From: Verrucomicrobia bacterium UBA6982
GTDB taxonomy: Bacteria > Verrucomicrobiota > Kiritimatiellia > RFP12 > UBA3636
Direction: 5' to 3'
Length of the DNA stretch: 64,000 bases
Assembly (NCBI GenBank): GCA_002448475.1
Contig: DJYI01000126.1
Span: forward strand, 64,214-128,213
The notes under the pieces are model-generated. The model made no database searches, was not told the origin of the DNA, and saw only the letters and a program-made list of their open reading frames with translations. Shown here piece after piece: positions 45,215 to 54,503 of this stretch (its first letter is position 1; each line of letters begins with the position of its first letter). Position numbers and translations under genes: made by a program.

Positions 45215-46663
45215 ATGAAATACACCATCGACATAGGGTTGGAGACTCACGTCCAGCTCAAGACCCGCACGAAGATGTTCTGCGGGTGTTCACTCGCCTC
45301 CGGCGCGGAGCCGAACGTCAACGTCTGTCCTGTCTGCCTCGGGCTTCCGGGCGCGCTTCCGCGCGCCAACCGGGAGGCAGTTCGCCTTACCGTGATCTCG
45401 GGGCTCATGCTTGGAAGCCGCATCGCGAAGCGCGCGGAGTTCGACCGGAAGAACTACTTCTACCCGGACATGTCGAAGAACTACCAGATTTCCGAAGACG
45501 CCCATCCGCTTTGCATCGGCGGCGGCGTGGAAATCGGAGGCGCCGGCGGCGCGGCGCGGACAGTTCGCCTCAATCACATACATCTTGAGGAGGACGCCGC
45601 CAAGATCAATCACTACGCCCGCCATTCGGGCGTGGACTACAATCGCTGCGGCACTCCGCTCATGGAAATAGTCTCCGAGCCGGACCTGCACTCTCCCGAC
45701 GAGGCCATGGAATATCTCCAGACGCTGCGCCGCATTCTCGTTTACGCCGGAGTGTCGGACTGCAATCTGGAGGACGGCAACATGCGCTCGGACGTGAATG
45801 TCTCCGTCCGCCCCGAAGGCAGCGACCGTCTCGGCACGAAGGTCGAAATCAAGAACATGAACACCTTCAAGGGCATCCACGCGGCGCTTGAATTCGAGAT
45901 CGCGCGCCAGACCGCCCTGATCGACGCCGGAGGCGCAGTCATTCAGGAAACGCGCCGCTGGGACGGCGACCTGGGCGAGACGTTCTCCATGCGCACGAAG
46001 GAAAACGCCCACGACTATCGCTATTTTCCGGAACCTGACCTCCTGCCGATCGAACTTCCGCCCGAACTCGTCGAACAGTGGCGCGCGGAGCTTCCGGAAC
46101 TGCCGGAGCGCAAGAAGGAGCGCTTCGCGTCGCAGTTCGGTCTCCCGGCATACGACGCCGGCGTCCTGGCCGCCGAGCGACCGCTTGCCGAATATTTCGA
46201 GTCGACGGTTTCGGCGGGCGCACCGGCGAAACTCGCCGCAAACTGGATCATGGGCGATGTGCTCCGCCTTCTCGGCGCGGCCGGAAAGGAAGCCGCGGAC
46301 GTCGCCTCGCTCTCCACGCTGCCCCCCGCGTCGCTCGCATCGCTCCTGCGCCTCGTCGAAGGGCGCACGATCAACGGTCCAACCGCGAAGGCCCTTCTTG
46401 AGGAGCTGTTTGAAAAGGGCGGCGATCCCGCAGCCATCGTGAAGGAGCGCGGACTGGCCCAGGTCTCGGACGCCGGGGCCGTGGAGGAGCTGGCTCGCCG
46501 CGCCATCGAGGCCAATCCGAAACCCGTCGCGGAATTCAAAGCCGGCAAGAAGGCCAGTCTGCAGTTTCTGGTTGGACAGGTGATGAAACTCTCGCGCGGC
46601 AAAGCCGATCCGAAGCTTGCGGCGCAGGCTCTCGCAAAAATTATCGAGGACATGCCCCAGTAG
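45215..46663 (+). CDS. gatB: Asp-tRNA(Asn)/Glu-tRNA(Gln) amidotransferase subunit B
   Basis: MKYTIDIGLETHVQLKTRTKMFCGCS… and …CPVCLGLPGALP… (GatB zinc motif). ATG at 45215. Confidence 0.9.
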   Translation: MKYTIDIGLETHVQLKTRTKMFCGCSLASGAEPNVNVCPVCLGLPGALPRANREAVRLTVISGLMLGSRIAKRAEFDRKNYFYPDMSKNYQISEDAHPLCIGGGVEIGGAGGAARTVRLNHIHLEEDAAKINHYARHSGVDYNRCGTPLMEIVSEPDLHSPDEAMEYLQTLRRILVYAGVSDCNLEDGNMRSDVNVSVRPEGSDRLGTKVEIKNMNTFKGIHAALEFEIARQTALIDAGGAVIQETRRWDGDLGETFSMRTKENAHDYRYFPEPDLLPIELPPELVEQWRAELPELPERKKERFASQFGLPAYDAGVLAAERPLAEYFESTVSAGAPAKLAANWIMGDVLRLLGAAGKEAADVASLSTLPPASLASLLRLVEGRTINGPTAKALLEELFEKGGDPAAIVKERGLAQVSDAGAVEELARRAIEANPKPVAEFKAGKKASLQFLVGQVMKLSRGKADPKLAAQALAKIIEDMPQ

Positions 46664-46709
46664 CCTGCGCGCCCACGCCACGGGCGCGCCACCCAGCACC
46701 AGCATCTCA

Positions 46710-47483
46710 ATGAAGAAAACCGACGAAATCAGAATCAAGAGCCCGGCCCAGCTTAACGGATGCCGCGCCGCAGGCGAAAAGGCGGCCGAAGTCCTCCGTC
46801 TCATGTGCGACGCCGTTCGGCCCGGCATAAGCACGAAGCAGCTGGACGACTTTGCCCTCAGGGCGATGCAGGCGCTTGGCTGCAAAAGCGCGGACTTCGG
46901 ATACTACGGCTATCCGGCGCAGACGTGCATTTCGGTCAACGACGCCGTCATACACGGCGTTCCAAGTCCATCCGTGGTGCTGAAGGACGGCGACATGGTA
47001 TCGATCGACATCACCGTGGCATACGAAGGGTTCGTCGGCGACAACGCGCGCACGGTGATAGTGGGCGGAGGAACGCCGCAGACCCGCTCATTCGTCGAGC
47101 ACACGGAAGAGGCGCTCCTGGCCGGAATTGACGCCGCTCGCGCCGGCAACCGCGTCGGCGACATCTCCCATGCCGTGGAAACCGTGGCCATTCGCAACAA
47201 GTTCGGCATCGTCCACGAATACGTCGGCCACGGGTGCGGCGTGGACATGCACGAGGCCCCGGAGATTCCGAACTACGGTCCGGCAGGCCGAGGGGTGATC
47301 CTGCGCCCGGGCATGGTCCTCTGCATCGAGCCGATGTTCACGCTCGGGTCGCGAAAGATACGCGTATCCAAGTCCGACAAGTGGACAGTCTTCACTCAGG
47401 ACGGATCACTGGCGTGCCACAGCGAAATGATGATCGCCGTCACGCCGAACGGCGCGCCTGCCGAAATCCTCACTCCTAGATAG
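46710..47483 (+). CDS. map: type I methionine aminopeptidase
   Basis: …ISVNDAVIHGVP…, …SIDITVAYEGFVGDNARTV…, …VGHGCGVDMHEAPEIPNY…, …CIEPMF…: metal-binding D/D/H/E/E residues. ATG at 46710. Confidence 0.9.
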   Translation: MKKTDEIRIKSPAQLNGCRAAGEKAAEVLRLMCDAVRPGISTKQLDDFALRAMQALGCKSADFGYYGYPAQTCISVNDAVIHGVPSPSVVLKDGDMVSIDITVAYEGFVGDNARTVIVGGGTPQTRSFVEHTEEALLAGIDAARAGNRVGDISHAVETVAIRNKFGIVHEYVGHGCGVDMHEAPEIPNYGPAGRGVILRPGMVLCIEPMFTLGSRKIRVSKSDKWTVFTQDGSLACHSEMMIAVTPNGAPAEILTPR

Positions 47484-47518
47484 CTTTCCAGTCCCGCTGG
47501 TCTTTCAGAATCAAGAAA

Positions 47519-48571
47519 ATGCAATTCATCGCCCTGGATCGGCCCTTGGCCGTCTTTGACATCGAGTCCACCGGACTCAATCCGAGAACAGACCGCATTG
47601 TCGAGCTCGCGGTAGTTCGCATCCAGCCCGGCCGTGACGGCGCAAGGGAGACGAAAACCTGGTTGCTGAATCCGACCATTCCGATTCCGGTCGAGACGAC
47701 GGCCATCCACGGCATAACCAACGAAATGGTGTCGTCGGCTCCGACTTTCGCGGACAAGGCCGCCGAGATACTGGAATTTTTCAGCGGATGCGACCTCGGC
47801 GGCTTCGGACTCTCAAAACTCGACATTCCAATTCTTGAAGAGGAGTTCGAGCGCTGCGGGATGCACTTCAACGCCGCGGGTCGCAGAATGTTCGACGCCT
47901 TGCGCATTTACCACAAGCGCGAACCGCGCGACCTTCAGGCCGCGCTGCGGTTTTTCTGCGGCGAGGAGCCGGCCGACTCCCACGGGGCCGAGGTGGACGC
48001 CCTTTCGGCCCTGCGCGTTCTGGAAGGCGAGTTCGCCAAATATCCGGACCTGCCGACATCGCCTGACGAGCTGGACGCCTATCTGAACGAGAGAGACCCG
48101 TCTTTCATTGATCGTGAAGGCCGGTTCCGCACAGGCGAGGACGGTGAAATCATCGTGAACTTCGGGCGGAAAAAGGGCGAGAAACTCCGCGATCTTGCGG
48201 CCGCGGAGCCGTCGTGGCTCACATGGATTCTTCACGGCGATTTCCCGCGTGACACGAAGAAGGTCGCCCGCGACGCCCTTGCCAAATGGGGACCCAGGCC
48301 CGCAAAGAAGCAAGGTTCCGGGAATCAGATCGCCCAGAAGGCGGGACCGGGCACTTCGTCTTCCAAGCCGCAAAAAATTCGGAATCCCGCCCCTGAAAAT
48401 CAGGACACTTCCACGCAACAGCCCCCGCCGCCGCCTCCGCCAACGCCGCCACAATTCGCGGCGCTCGCCGCCGGGCTCGACGCCATTCTGTCCGATCAGC
48501 GTCCATCAGCCGACGGGCTCCGCGAACACAACCACAGGCACAACCACCGCCACGAACACAGAAGGCCATGA
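47519..48571 (+). CDS. DnaQ-like 3'-5' exonuclease (DEDDh) with a low-complexity Pro/His-rich C-terminal tail
   Basis: …LAVFDIESTGLNP… (Exo I DxE), …HGAEVDAL… (Exo III H…D), and a C-terminal …QQPPPPPPPTPPQF…HNHRHNHRHEHRRP tail. Confidence 0.75.
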   Translation: MQFIALDRPLAVFDIESTGLNPRTDRIVELAVVRIQPGRDGARETKTWLLNPTIPIPVETTAIHGITNEMVSSAPTFADKAAEILEFFSGCDLGGFGLSKLDIPILEEEFERCGMHFNAAGRRMFDALRIYHKREPRDLQAALRFFCGEEPADSHGAEVDALSALRVLEGEFAKYPDLPTSPDELDAYLNERDPSFIDREGRFRTGEDGEIIVNFGRKKGEKLRDLAAAEPSWLTWILHGDFPRDTKKVARDALAKWGPRPAKKQGSGNQIAQKAGPGTSSSKPQKIRNPAPENQDTSTQQPPPPPPPTPPQFAALAAGLDAILSDQRPSADGLREHNHRHNHRHEHRRP

Positions 48572-49989
48572 ACTCATTCCGTCTCCGCATCGAGTCCGGC
48601 CCTTCCGCCGGCACCGTCCGCGACATCCCCCCCTCGGGGCTTTCAGTCGGCCGTTCGGCTCGCAACGACCTTGCGATTTCCGACGCAATGCTTTCGCGCA
48701 GCCACTGCAAGTTCTACGTGGAGGGCGGTTCGCTTTACGTTTCCGATCTGGCCACCGTCAACGGAACTTTCGTCGATGGCTCGCAGATCGAAACCGATTC
48801 GCCGCTGCATCCCGGAGCGGAGGTCAAAATCGGCGAGACGGTTCTTCGCATCTCCAATGACAACGGCGAATTTCCGCCAACTCCGGAACCCGCCGCCGCT
48901 CTGGACGCGGTTCCAGCGCCTGACACCACCTCCACCGATGGCGCGGAGGCACGCGGCGCCGGCAATCATGCTGACGCGAAAAGCGCAGAATCGTCATCTG
49001 GCGCTCCGGATTTGTTCGGGGCGTCCCCGCAGCCCAACCTGTTTCCGCCGCCCGCACCGGCCCCGGCGGGGGAGATGCGGCGCAACCTTGTCGCGAACGT
49101 CGCGATCATTTGCGCAGCGGTTGTCCTTCTGGCCGGCGCCGCCAAGATATTCCTTTCCCCGCGCGCGTCCGATCCCCTCCCCACCCCCGAGCCGGCTCCC
49201 ACGGAGCCTCCGATTTCATTCTCCTACGTCAAGCTGGAGGGGTCCGAGTCCAACGTGTTTCGCTACGAAATGGAACTCTCGCCGGACGGCACGCTCGAAG
49301 TCGCGATCGACGACGCGGCGCAGGGGCGTCATGTTCGCAAGCGCGCCGACTCGCCTCTTCCCGATGAACGACGCGCCGAACTTCTGCGCCTGTTTGACGA
49401 GGCGTCGTTTTCATCGCTTGTGACTGAGGACGAGGGCCGCCCCAGGCGCAACGAGTGGCGCGAAATCCGGATTTCCGCGCTTGCGCATGGTCGCCCCAAC
49501 ACGGTTGTCGTTCGCAATCGCGAGGAACCCGCCGCCCTCTCGGCGCTTCGCGATGCCCTGGAGGACTTCGGCCGCAATGAACTCGGCCTCTGGGCCTTCG
49601 CCGTGGATCGTGACACTCTCGTTTCCGGGGCCGAGGAGGACTTCGAGCGCGCCGAGCGCCTCCACGACGAACGCGAGGTTCTGCCAGGCAACCTCTACAA
49701 TGCGGTCAGGATCTACGACTCGTGCATCGCCCGCCTAGAGACGCTTGACCCGCGGCCGGAGCTCTTCGACATCGCCTCCGCCGCTCGTTCGGCCGCCGCC
49801 AAGGAACTCGACGCCCGCGTGGAGGCGCTCAACTGGCGCGCCGAACACGCCGCCAACATGAAGGACTGGGCCGAAGCCGCGGCGGCGCTTCGCGACCTGG
49901 CCGAGGTCGTGCCCGACCGCTCGGATCCGCGCAACGAAGCTGCCCGACGCCGACTTCTCGACGCCGAATCGCGCATTGGTCGCAAATGA
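48568..49989 (+). CDS. FHA-domain membrane protein (N-terminal FHA, one TM helix, C-terminal soluble domain)
   Basis: …LSVGRSARNDLAISDAMLSRSHCKFYVEGGSLYVSDLATVNGTFVDG… (FHA). TM helix NLVANVAIICAAVVLLAGAA. The ATG overlaps the exonuclease stop. Confidence 0.75.
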   Translation: MNSFRLRIESGPSAGTVRDIPPSGLSVGRSARNDLAISDAMLSRSHCKFYVEGGSLYVSDLATVNGTFVDGSQIETDSPLHPGAEVKIGETVLRISNDNGEFPPTPEPAAALDAVPAPDTTSTDGAEARGAGNHADAKSAESSSGAPDLFGASPQPNLFPPPAPAPAGEMRRNLVANVAIICAAVVLLAGAAKIFLSPRASDPLPTPEPAPTEPPISFSYVKLEGSESNVFRYEMELSPDGTLEVAIDDAAQGRHVRKRADSPLPDERRAELLRLFDEASFSSLVTEDEGRPRRNEWREIRISALAHGRPNTVVVRNREEPAALSALRDALEDFGRNELGLWAFAVDRDTLVSGAEEDFERAERLHDEREVLPGNLYNAVRIYDSCIARLETLDPRPELFDIASAARSAAAKELDARVEALNWRAEHAANMKDWAEAAAALRDLAEVVPDRSDPRNEAARRRLLDAESRIGRK

Positions 49990-50005
49990 CATGGAGGAAA
50001 TGGAC

Positions 50006-51394
50006 ATGCACCGCAATTCAATTCGCCGCACAATCATTTTCCCCGCACTAGCGCTTGTCTGCTCCTTTTTAGCGCCCATGGCGGCACCTGCCTCCGAACG
50101 GGGGGATCAGACCGGCTCCGGCGAGGTTCCGACTCTGCTGTCATCATCCATCCAGGGTGCGAGCGTCGCCGTTGACGGCATTGACCGCGGAACAACACCG
50201 GTGGAGGTTCCGCTCCGCCCAGGTCGCCACTTCGCCTGTCTGCGGCCTTCCGGAGCGCCAGCCACATACGTCGAGTTCGAGACCGGAACAGAACGCGCGG
50301 AAGTAACGTTTGAAGTTCCCGCGCCGACATGCGCGGTCCTTGTCTCGGCAGAACCCGCGGGCGCGTCCGTCACGCTCGATGGCGCTTCCGTTGGATCTTC
50401 CCCGCTGCTTCTGCCGCAGGTGGCGGAGGGGGATCATGAACTGCTGATCGAAGCACCGGGATGCAAGCCCCAGCGCATTCCGCTAAAGCTGCGCGCCCCC
50501 GAGCCCGCGCTTTTGCGCGTGGCCCTGGCATCGACCTCCGCCGCGCTCTCGATAACAAGCGAACCCTCCGGCGCCGAAGTTTCCGTGAACGGCGTGCCGC
50601 GCGGCCGCGCGCCGATTGTCGTGCCGGGGGTTCCGGAAGGCACGGCGGTGGTGGAGGCGTCTCTCGACGGCTATGAACCCTGGCGCTTTGAGTTGCAGGT
50701 TCGCTCAGGAGACTCCGCCCCCGTGAACGCCGTGCTGAGGCGCAAGCCCGCCACGCTTTCCGTGACTTCGATCCCGACTGGCGCGCGCATTTACGTGGAT
50801 GATGCGTTCAGAGGCGTCGCCCCTGTTTCAGTGCCTGATCTTCCTCCAGGAGCCCACCGCGTTCGCGCGGAGCTGCCGGGACACGACCCTATGGCGCGAA
50901 CCGTTCCGCTTGAGCCGGGGGCAATCGCCGCCGAGGAGTTCCGTCTGCGCGCCAACACCGGAACATTGCGGGTTTCAACCGCGCCGGCGGGCGTTTCCGT
51001 TCAAATCGACGGCAAGGAGTTCGGAGTCACGTCCGCTCCGGACGGCGAATCCGATTCCGTGTCCTCGGAACTTGTCATAGCAGCAGTGCCGACAGGGCAT
51101 CGCCGCGTTTCGTTTGTTCGTCGCGGCTGGATGACGGTCGAGCGCGATGCCGACGTCGAGCGCGACGGAACGCTGTCCCTTGGCCTTGTCAAGCTCGAGC
51201 GCGACCTCACGCCTGACATGGCCGTCACGACAAAGAACGGATCCGTCGTGCGCGGCGTGTTCCTTGAAAAAGCCGGCGGATTCTACAGGCTCGAAACGCA
51301 GCGCGGCGTCATCCGCGCGATTCCGTTCAAGGACATCGAGCGCGTCCAGTTGCTCCGCAGCGACGGCAACCATCTCGACGCTGAAACGCCGTGA
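50006..51394 (+). CDS. secreted PEGA-domain repeat protein
   Basis: GGAGG RBS 8 nt before the ATG at 50006. Signal peptide MHRNSIRRTIIFPALALVCSFLAPMAAPA. There are at least 5 PEGA-like modules (…SEPAGASVTLDG…, …SEPSGAEVSVNG…, …SIPTGARIYVDD…, …TAPAGVSVQIDG…). Confidence 0.7.
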   Translation: MHRNSIRRTIIFPALALVCSFLAPMAAPASERGDQTGSGEVPTLLSSSIQGASVAVDGIDRGTTPVEVPLRPGRHFACLRPSGAPATYVEFETGTERAEVTFEVPAPTCAVLVSAEPAGASVTLDGASVGSSPLLLPQVAEGDHELLIEAPGCKPQRIPLKLRAPEPALLRVALASTSAALSITSEPSGAEVSVNGVPRGRAPIVVPGVPEGTAVVEASLDGYEPWRFELQVRSGDSAPVNAVLRRKPATLSVTSIPTGARIYVDDAFRGVAPVSVPDLPPGAHRVRAELPGHDPMARTVPLEPGAIAAEEFRLRANTGTLRVSTAPAGVSVQIDGKEFGVTSAPDGESDSVSSELVIAAVPTGHRRVSFVRRGWMTVERDADVERDGTLSLGLVKLERDLTPDMAVTTKNGSVVRGVFLEKAGGFYRLETQRGVIRAIPFKDIERVQLLRSDGNHLDAETP

Positions 51395-52290
51395 CGGTTC
51401 CGCGCGGTGGTTTGTTCGCGGCGGTGCTGTCGGCGGCGCTTGCCGCGATTGCCATTTCCGGTCTCTCCGCCACGCGCCCGCTGACGCTGCTGCGCAGCGA
51501 CGGGCCGTGGCTCCCGGAATCGATTGCGCGCGAAACGGCGGCCGCAGTGGCACGCGCCGAGGACTGGTTGATGGATCACGATTCCGGCAACGCGATTTTC
51601 CCATCCCCCAGCCCTTCGCTGCCGTGGAGCGACTCGGACGCTTTTGACGCCGCGCTCGCGGTTCTCGACGCGGAAATTGACGGCAGAACTCCACCGACGG
51701 CGCTCTGCGAGCGCGTTCGCCGCCACCTTGTCGCGCGTCGGCGGCTTCCTTCTGGTCGCGCGGCCTCTCCGGCTCTTGTGGCTGATGTCGGCTCCGCTCT
51801 GGCCGCTTGCGCGCTCGGCGCAATCGGCATGGAACATCCAAGCCCCGATCTGGTGCCCGTGCCGCCGCATGGAACCCAGCCGGATCCAACCCGCGTTGCG
51901 GCGGCCGCTCTACTGCGCCTCTGCGACGGCTCCGCGCCGCGAGCGGCCGTCCTCGCCCATGCGCGCTGGCTTGCCGCGCGGCTGGCGCTTGGACAAGGCC
52001 CCGCCAACGAGCAGGACCGGCCGGATGAAGCGCTTACTCCTCAAAGCGCTCTGCTCGTTGCCCTAATCGCCACGCAGCTTCCGATGCGCGAACTGGCCGA
52101 TCCGGCGAACGAACTCTTTTCCATCGATTGGCGGATCAGGCTTGCGGACCGTCTTTTGGCGTTGCAGGTGTGGGATTCGGAGTCAGGCGGCTTTATGTGG
52201 AACGCGGCTGACGGCATCGACAACGCCCGGGCGACGCGATGCGCCATTCTGGCCCTGCGTCTGCTCCTGACGCGGCTGGCGCGCCCCTGA
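51391..52290 (+). CDS. secreted hypothetical protein, possibly with prenyltransferase/terpene-cyclase-like (alpha-alpha toroid) repeats
   Basis: GTG start overlapping the PEGA stop (GTGA). Signal peptide MTVPRGGLFAAVLSAALAAIAISG. It has a …LQVWDSESGGFMW… QxxxGGF-like repeat. Confidence 0.5.
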   Translation: MTVPRGGLFAAVLSAALAAIAISGLSATRPLTLLRSDGPWLPESIARETAAAVARAEDWLMDHDSGNAIFPSPSPSLPWSDSDAFDAALAVLDAEIDGRTPPTALCERVRRHLVARRRLPSGRAASPALVADVGSALAACALGAIGMEHPSPDLVPVPPHGTQPDPTRVAAAALLRLCDGSAPRAAVLAHARWLAARLALGQGPANEQDRPDEALTPQSALLVALIATQLPMRELADPANELFSIDWRIRLADRLLALQVWDSESGGFMWNAADGIDNARATRCAILALRLLLTRLARP

Positions 52291-52304
52291 CCCCAAGCGG
52301 CCCA

Positions 52305-53606
52305 CTAGACGTATTGGCGGATGCACCTGCCGATTCGTTCAAGCGTCTCGGCGCGCTTTCCGTCGTCCGGATCGAGAAGCGTGATGCGGAAGCCGTTCAT
52401 GTCCGTGTGGAAACCGGTGAGCGGCGTCACGCACACGCCGTCGGAACCCATCATGTATTGCACGAAGCGCTTGTCCGGAGCGACGCCTTCGCAGCATTTC
52501 TCGACAAACGCCCTGATTGCCGGGTCGGCGATCGGGAGAGTCGCGCCCGGACGCAGCGCCCCAGGTTCAAACGTCACTGAGTAGTAGAGCGCCCCGTGGA
52601 CGGGACGGGCGATGACGCCTGGGACGGTCTTGAAAAACTCGTAAACCTGATTCGCACGAGCCTCGAACATCTTCGCCCGCCGCGCCTTGAGCGCCTGAAA
52701 GCGCGGATCGCCGTAGATCTTAGGCAACGCCATCTGCGGAAGCGTGGTCGAGCAGACTTCCATCATCTTGCTCTTAACAAGGGCGTCACAATATTCCGAA
52801 AAAGCGGGCGAAACGCGGCGGTTGAGCATTTCGATCCAGCCGCAGCGCGCGCCCGGCCATGGCACGTCCTTGGACATGCTGCGCAGTGCAAGGCCGGGAA
52901 CATCGTCGCCCACGACCTGCGAGAGGAGCTTCGTGGAGGCGCCGTTGAACACGATGTTTGCGTATGTCTCGTCGCAAATGACGAAAAGCCCGTATTTGCG
53001 CGCGATTCCGACGATTGCGCGCAACGTCTCCTCGGAATACACGGTGCCGGTTGGATTGTCGGGATTGACAAGCATGAGCGCGACCACCTGGGGATTGTAT
53101 TTGACCTTGTTCTCGATCTCCTCCAGGTCAGGCGCCCAGCCCTTCTCCGGATCGAGACGAAACTGCAAATGCGGGTAGTCGCCGCGCTTGCCCTCGTTCG
53201 AGGTGTGCGTCGGGTATGACGGCGATGGCATGAGGACGCGGGCGTCCTTCTTCATGAGGTCGTAGATTTTGTCCACGCCGTCGGCAATGCCGTTGAGGAA
53301 CAAAATGTCGTCCGGGCCGACCTGCGTCCCGCCCGGCCGCGCGTTCACCTCAGAGGCCAGGTATTCGCGCGTGGAGAGAACGCCGCGGCTCGGACAGTAG
53401 GCGAAACTCGCGTCGCCGCGCGACACGAGTTCGGCCACTATTTCCTTGATCCACGGCTCCACCTTCTCGCCGGCCGCGACTGGGTCGCCGATGTTTTCCC
53501 ACGTGATTGTGCGCCCCATGCGGCGCAGGGCATGGCCGAAATCAACGATTTCGCGGATTTCGTAGTGAAGATTGCGGTAGCCTTCGAGAACGATCGATGA
53601 AGACAT
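52305..53606 (-). CDS. pyridoxal-phosphate-dependent aminotransferase, class I/II (alanine aminotransferase-like)
   Basis: …NPDNPTG…, …ICDETYANIVF…, and …SMSKDVPWPGARCGW… (PLP-binding Lys in SxSK). ATG at 53604-53606 (MSSSIVLEGYRNLHYEIRE…). Confidence 0.85.
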   Translation of the reverse strand: MSSSIVLEGYRNLHYEIREIVDFGHALRRMGRTITWENIGDPVAAGEKVEPWIKEIVAELVSRGDASFAYCPSRGVLSTREYLASEVNARPGGTQVGPDDILFLNGIADGVDKIYDLMKKDARVLMPSPSYPTHTSNEGKRGDYPHLQFRLDPEKGWAPDLEEIENKVKYNPQVVALMLVNPDNPTGTVYSEETLRAIVGIARKYGLFVICDETYANIVFNGASTKLLSQVVGDDVPGLALRSMSKDVPWPGARCGWIEMLNRRVSPAFSEYCDALVKSKMMEVCSTTLPQMALPKIYGDPRFQALKARRAKMFEARANQVYEFFKTVPGVIARPVHGALYYSVTFEPGALRPGATLPIADPAIRAFVEKCCEGVAPDKRFVQYMMGSDGVCVTPLTGFHTDMNGFRITLLDPDDGKRAETLERIGRCIRQYV

Positions 53607-53667
53607 TGCGAGAAGAAAGGAGAATTGTCCGAATAAAATCGCGGAGCGATTCGGAAAACGTGTGGAA

Positions 53668-54441
53668 TCAGGAGAAAATCGAAAAATCGTCCATGGGGCT
53701 GGATGCCGAAGCCGTTGCGCGAGATGCGGCGGGCCCCGCCTCGACGGCCAGCTCCGCGGCGCGAACAGCGAGACGGAAGGCTTCGGCCATAGCCGGTGGA
53801 TCGCCGGCGGCGGCGACTGCGGTGTTGGCGAGAACGGCATCCGCGCCAAGCTCAATCGCCTCGGCCGCATGCGATGGAAGCCCGATTCCGGCATCCACAA
53901 CGACTGGGACCGTTGCCTGCTCGACGATGATTTCCAGCATGTCGCGTGTGCGAAGCCCCCTGTTTGATCCGATCGGGGCCCCGAGCGGCATCACCGCCGC
54001 GGCGCCGGCCTCCTCGCACCTTTTGGCGAGAACAGGATCGGCGTTGATGTATGGAAGCACCACAAGGCCGAGCGCGGCGCATTTCTCGACCGCCGCAAGC
54101 GTTTCCACCGGATCCGGGAGCAGATAACGCGCGTCAGGATGGATTTCGAGTTTTATCCACGAGAAGCCGGCCGCCTTTCCGATCTTGGCGATCCGGACGG
54201 CTTCTTCGGCCGTGCGCGCGCCGGAAGTGTTGAGCATCACCTCGACCTTTGTGCGATCGATTGCCGAAAGAATGTCGTCGGACGCGGCGTCGTTCTCATG
54301 GACGCGGGAAAGCGCGGTCGTCACAAGTTGCGTCTGCGATGCGGCAAGCGTTGCGCGGAGCTGTTCCGTCGATGCGAATTTTCCAGTCCCGAGGAAAAAG
54401 CGGTTCGTAAAACGCCTTCCGCCTATTTCAAGAGGTTTCAT
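53668..54441 (-). CDS. thiG: thiazole synthase
   Basis: MKPLEIGGRRFTNRFFLGTGKF…, …VMLNTSGARTAEEAVRIA…, …WIKLEIHPD…, …VMPLGAPIGSNRG…: ThiG TIM-barrel motifs. Confidence 0.85.
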   Translation of the reverse strand: MKPLEIGGRRFTNRFFLGTGKFASTEQLRATLAASQTQLVTTALSRVHENDAASDDILSAIDRTKVEVMLNTSGARTAEEAVRIAKIGKAAGFSWIKLEIHPDARYLLPDPVETLAAVEKCAALGLVVLPYINADPVLAKRCEEAGAAAVMPLGAPIGSNRGLRTRDMLEIIVEQATVPVVVDAGIGLPSHAAEAIELGADAVLANTAVAAAGDPPAMAEAFRLAVRAAELAVEAGPAASRATASASSPMDDFSIFS

Positions 54442-54503
54442 TTCTGTTCAGTCGTTCGTTTATCTCAGCCAACAAGAACCGGTTCCGGCAGTCGGCTACA
54501 AAG

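Noticed and set aside
53607-53667. Small hairpin AATCGCtccGCGATT followed by TTTATT as the thiG terminator
   Set aside because: The stem is only 6 bp with a weak T-tract, too marginal to call.
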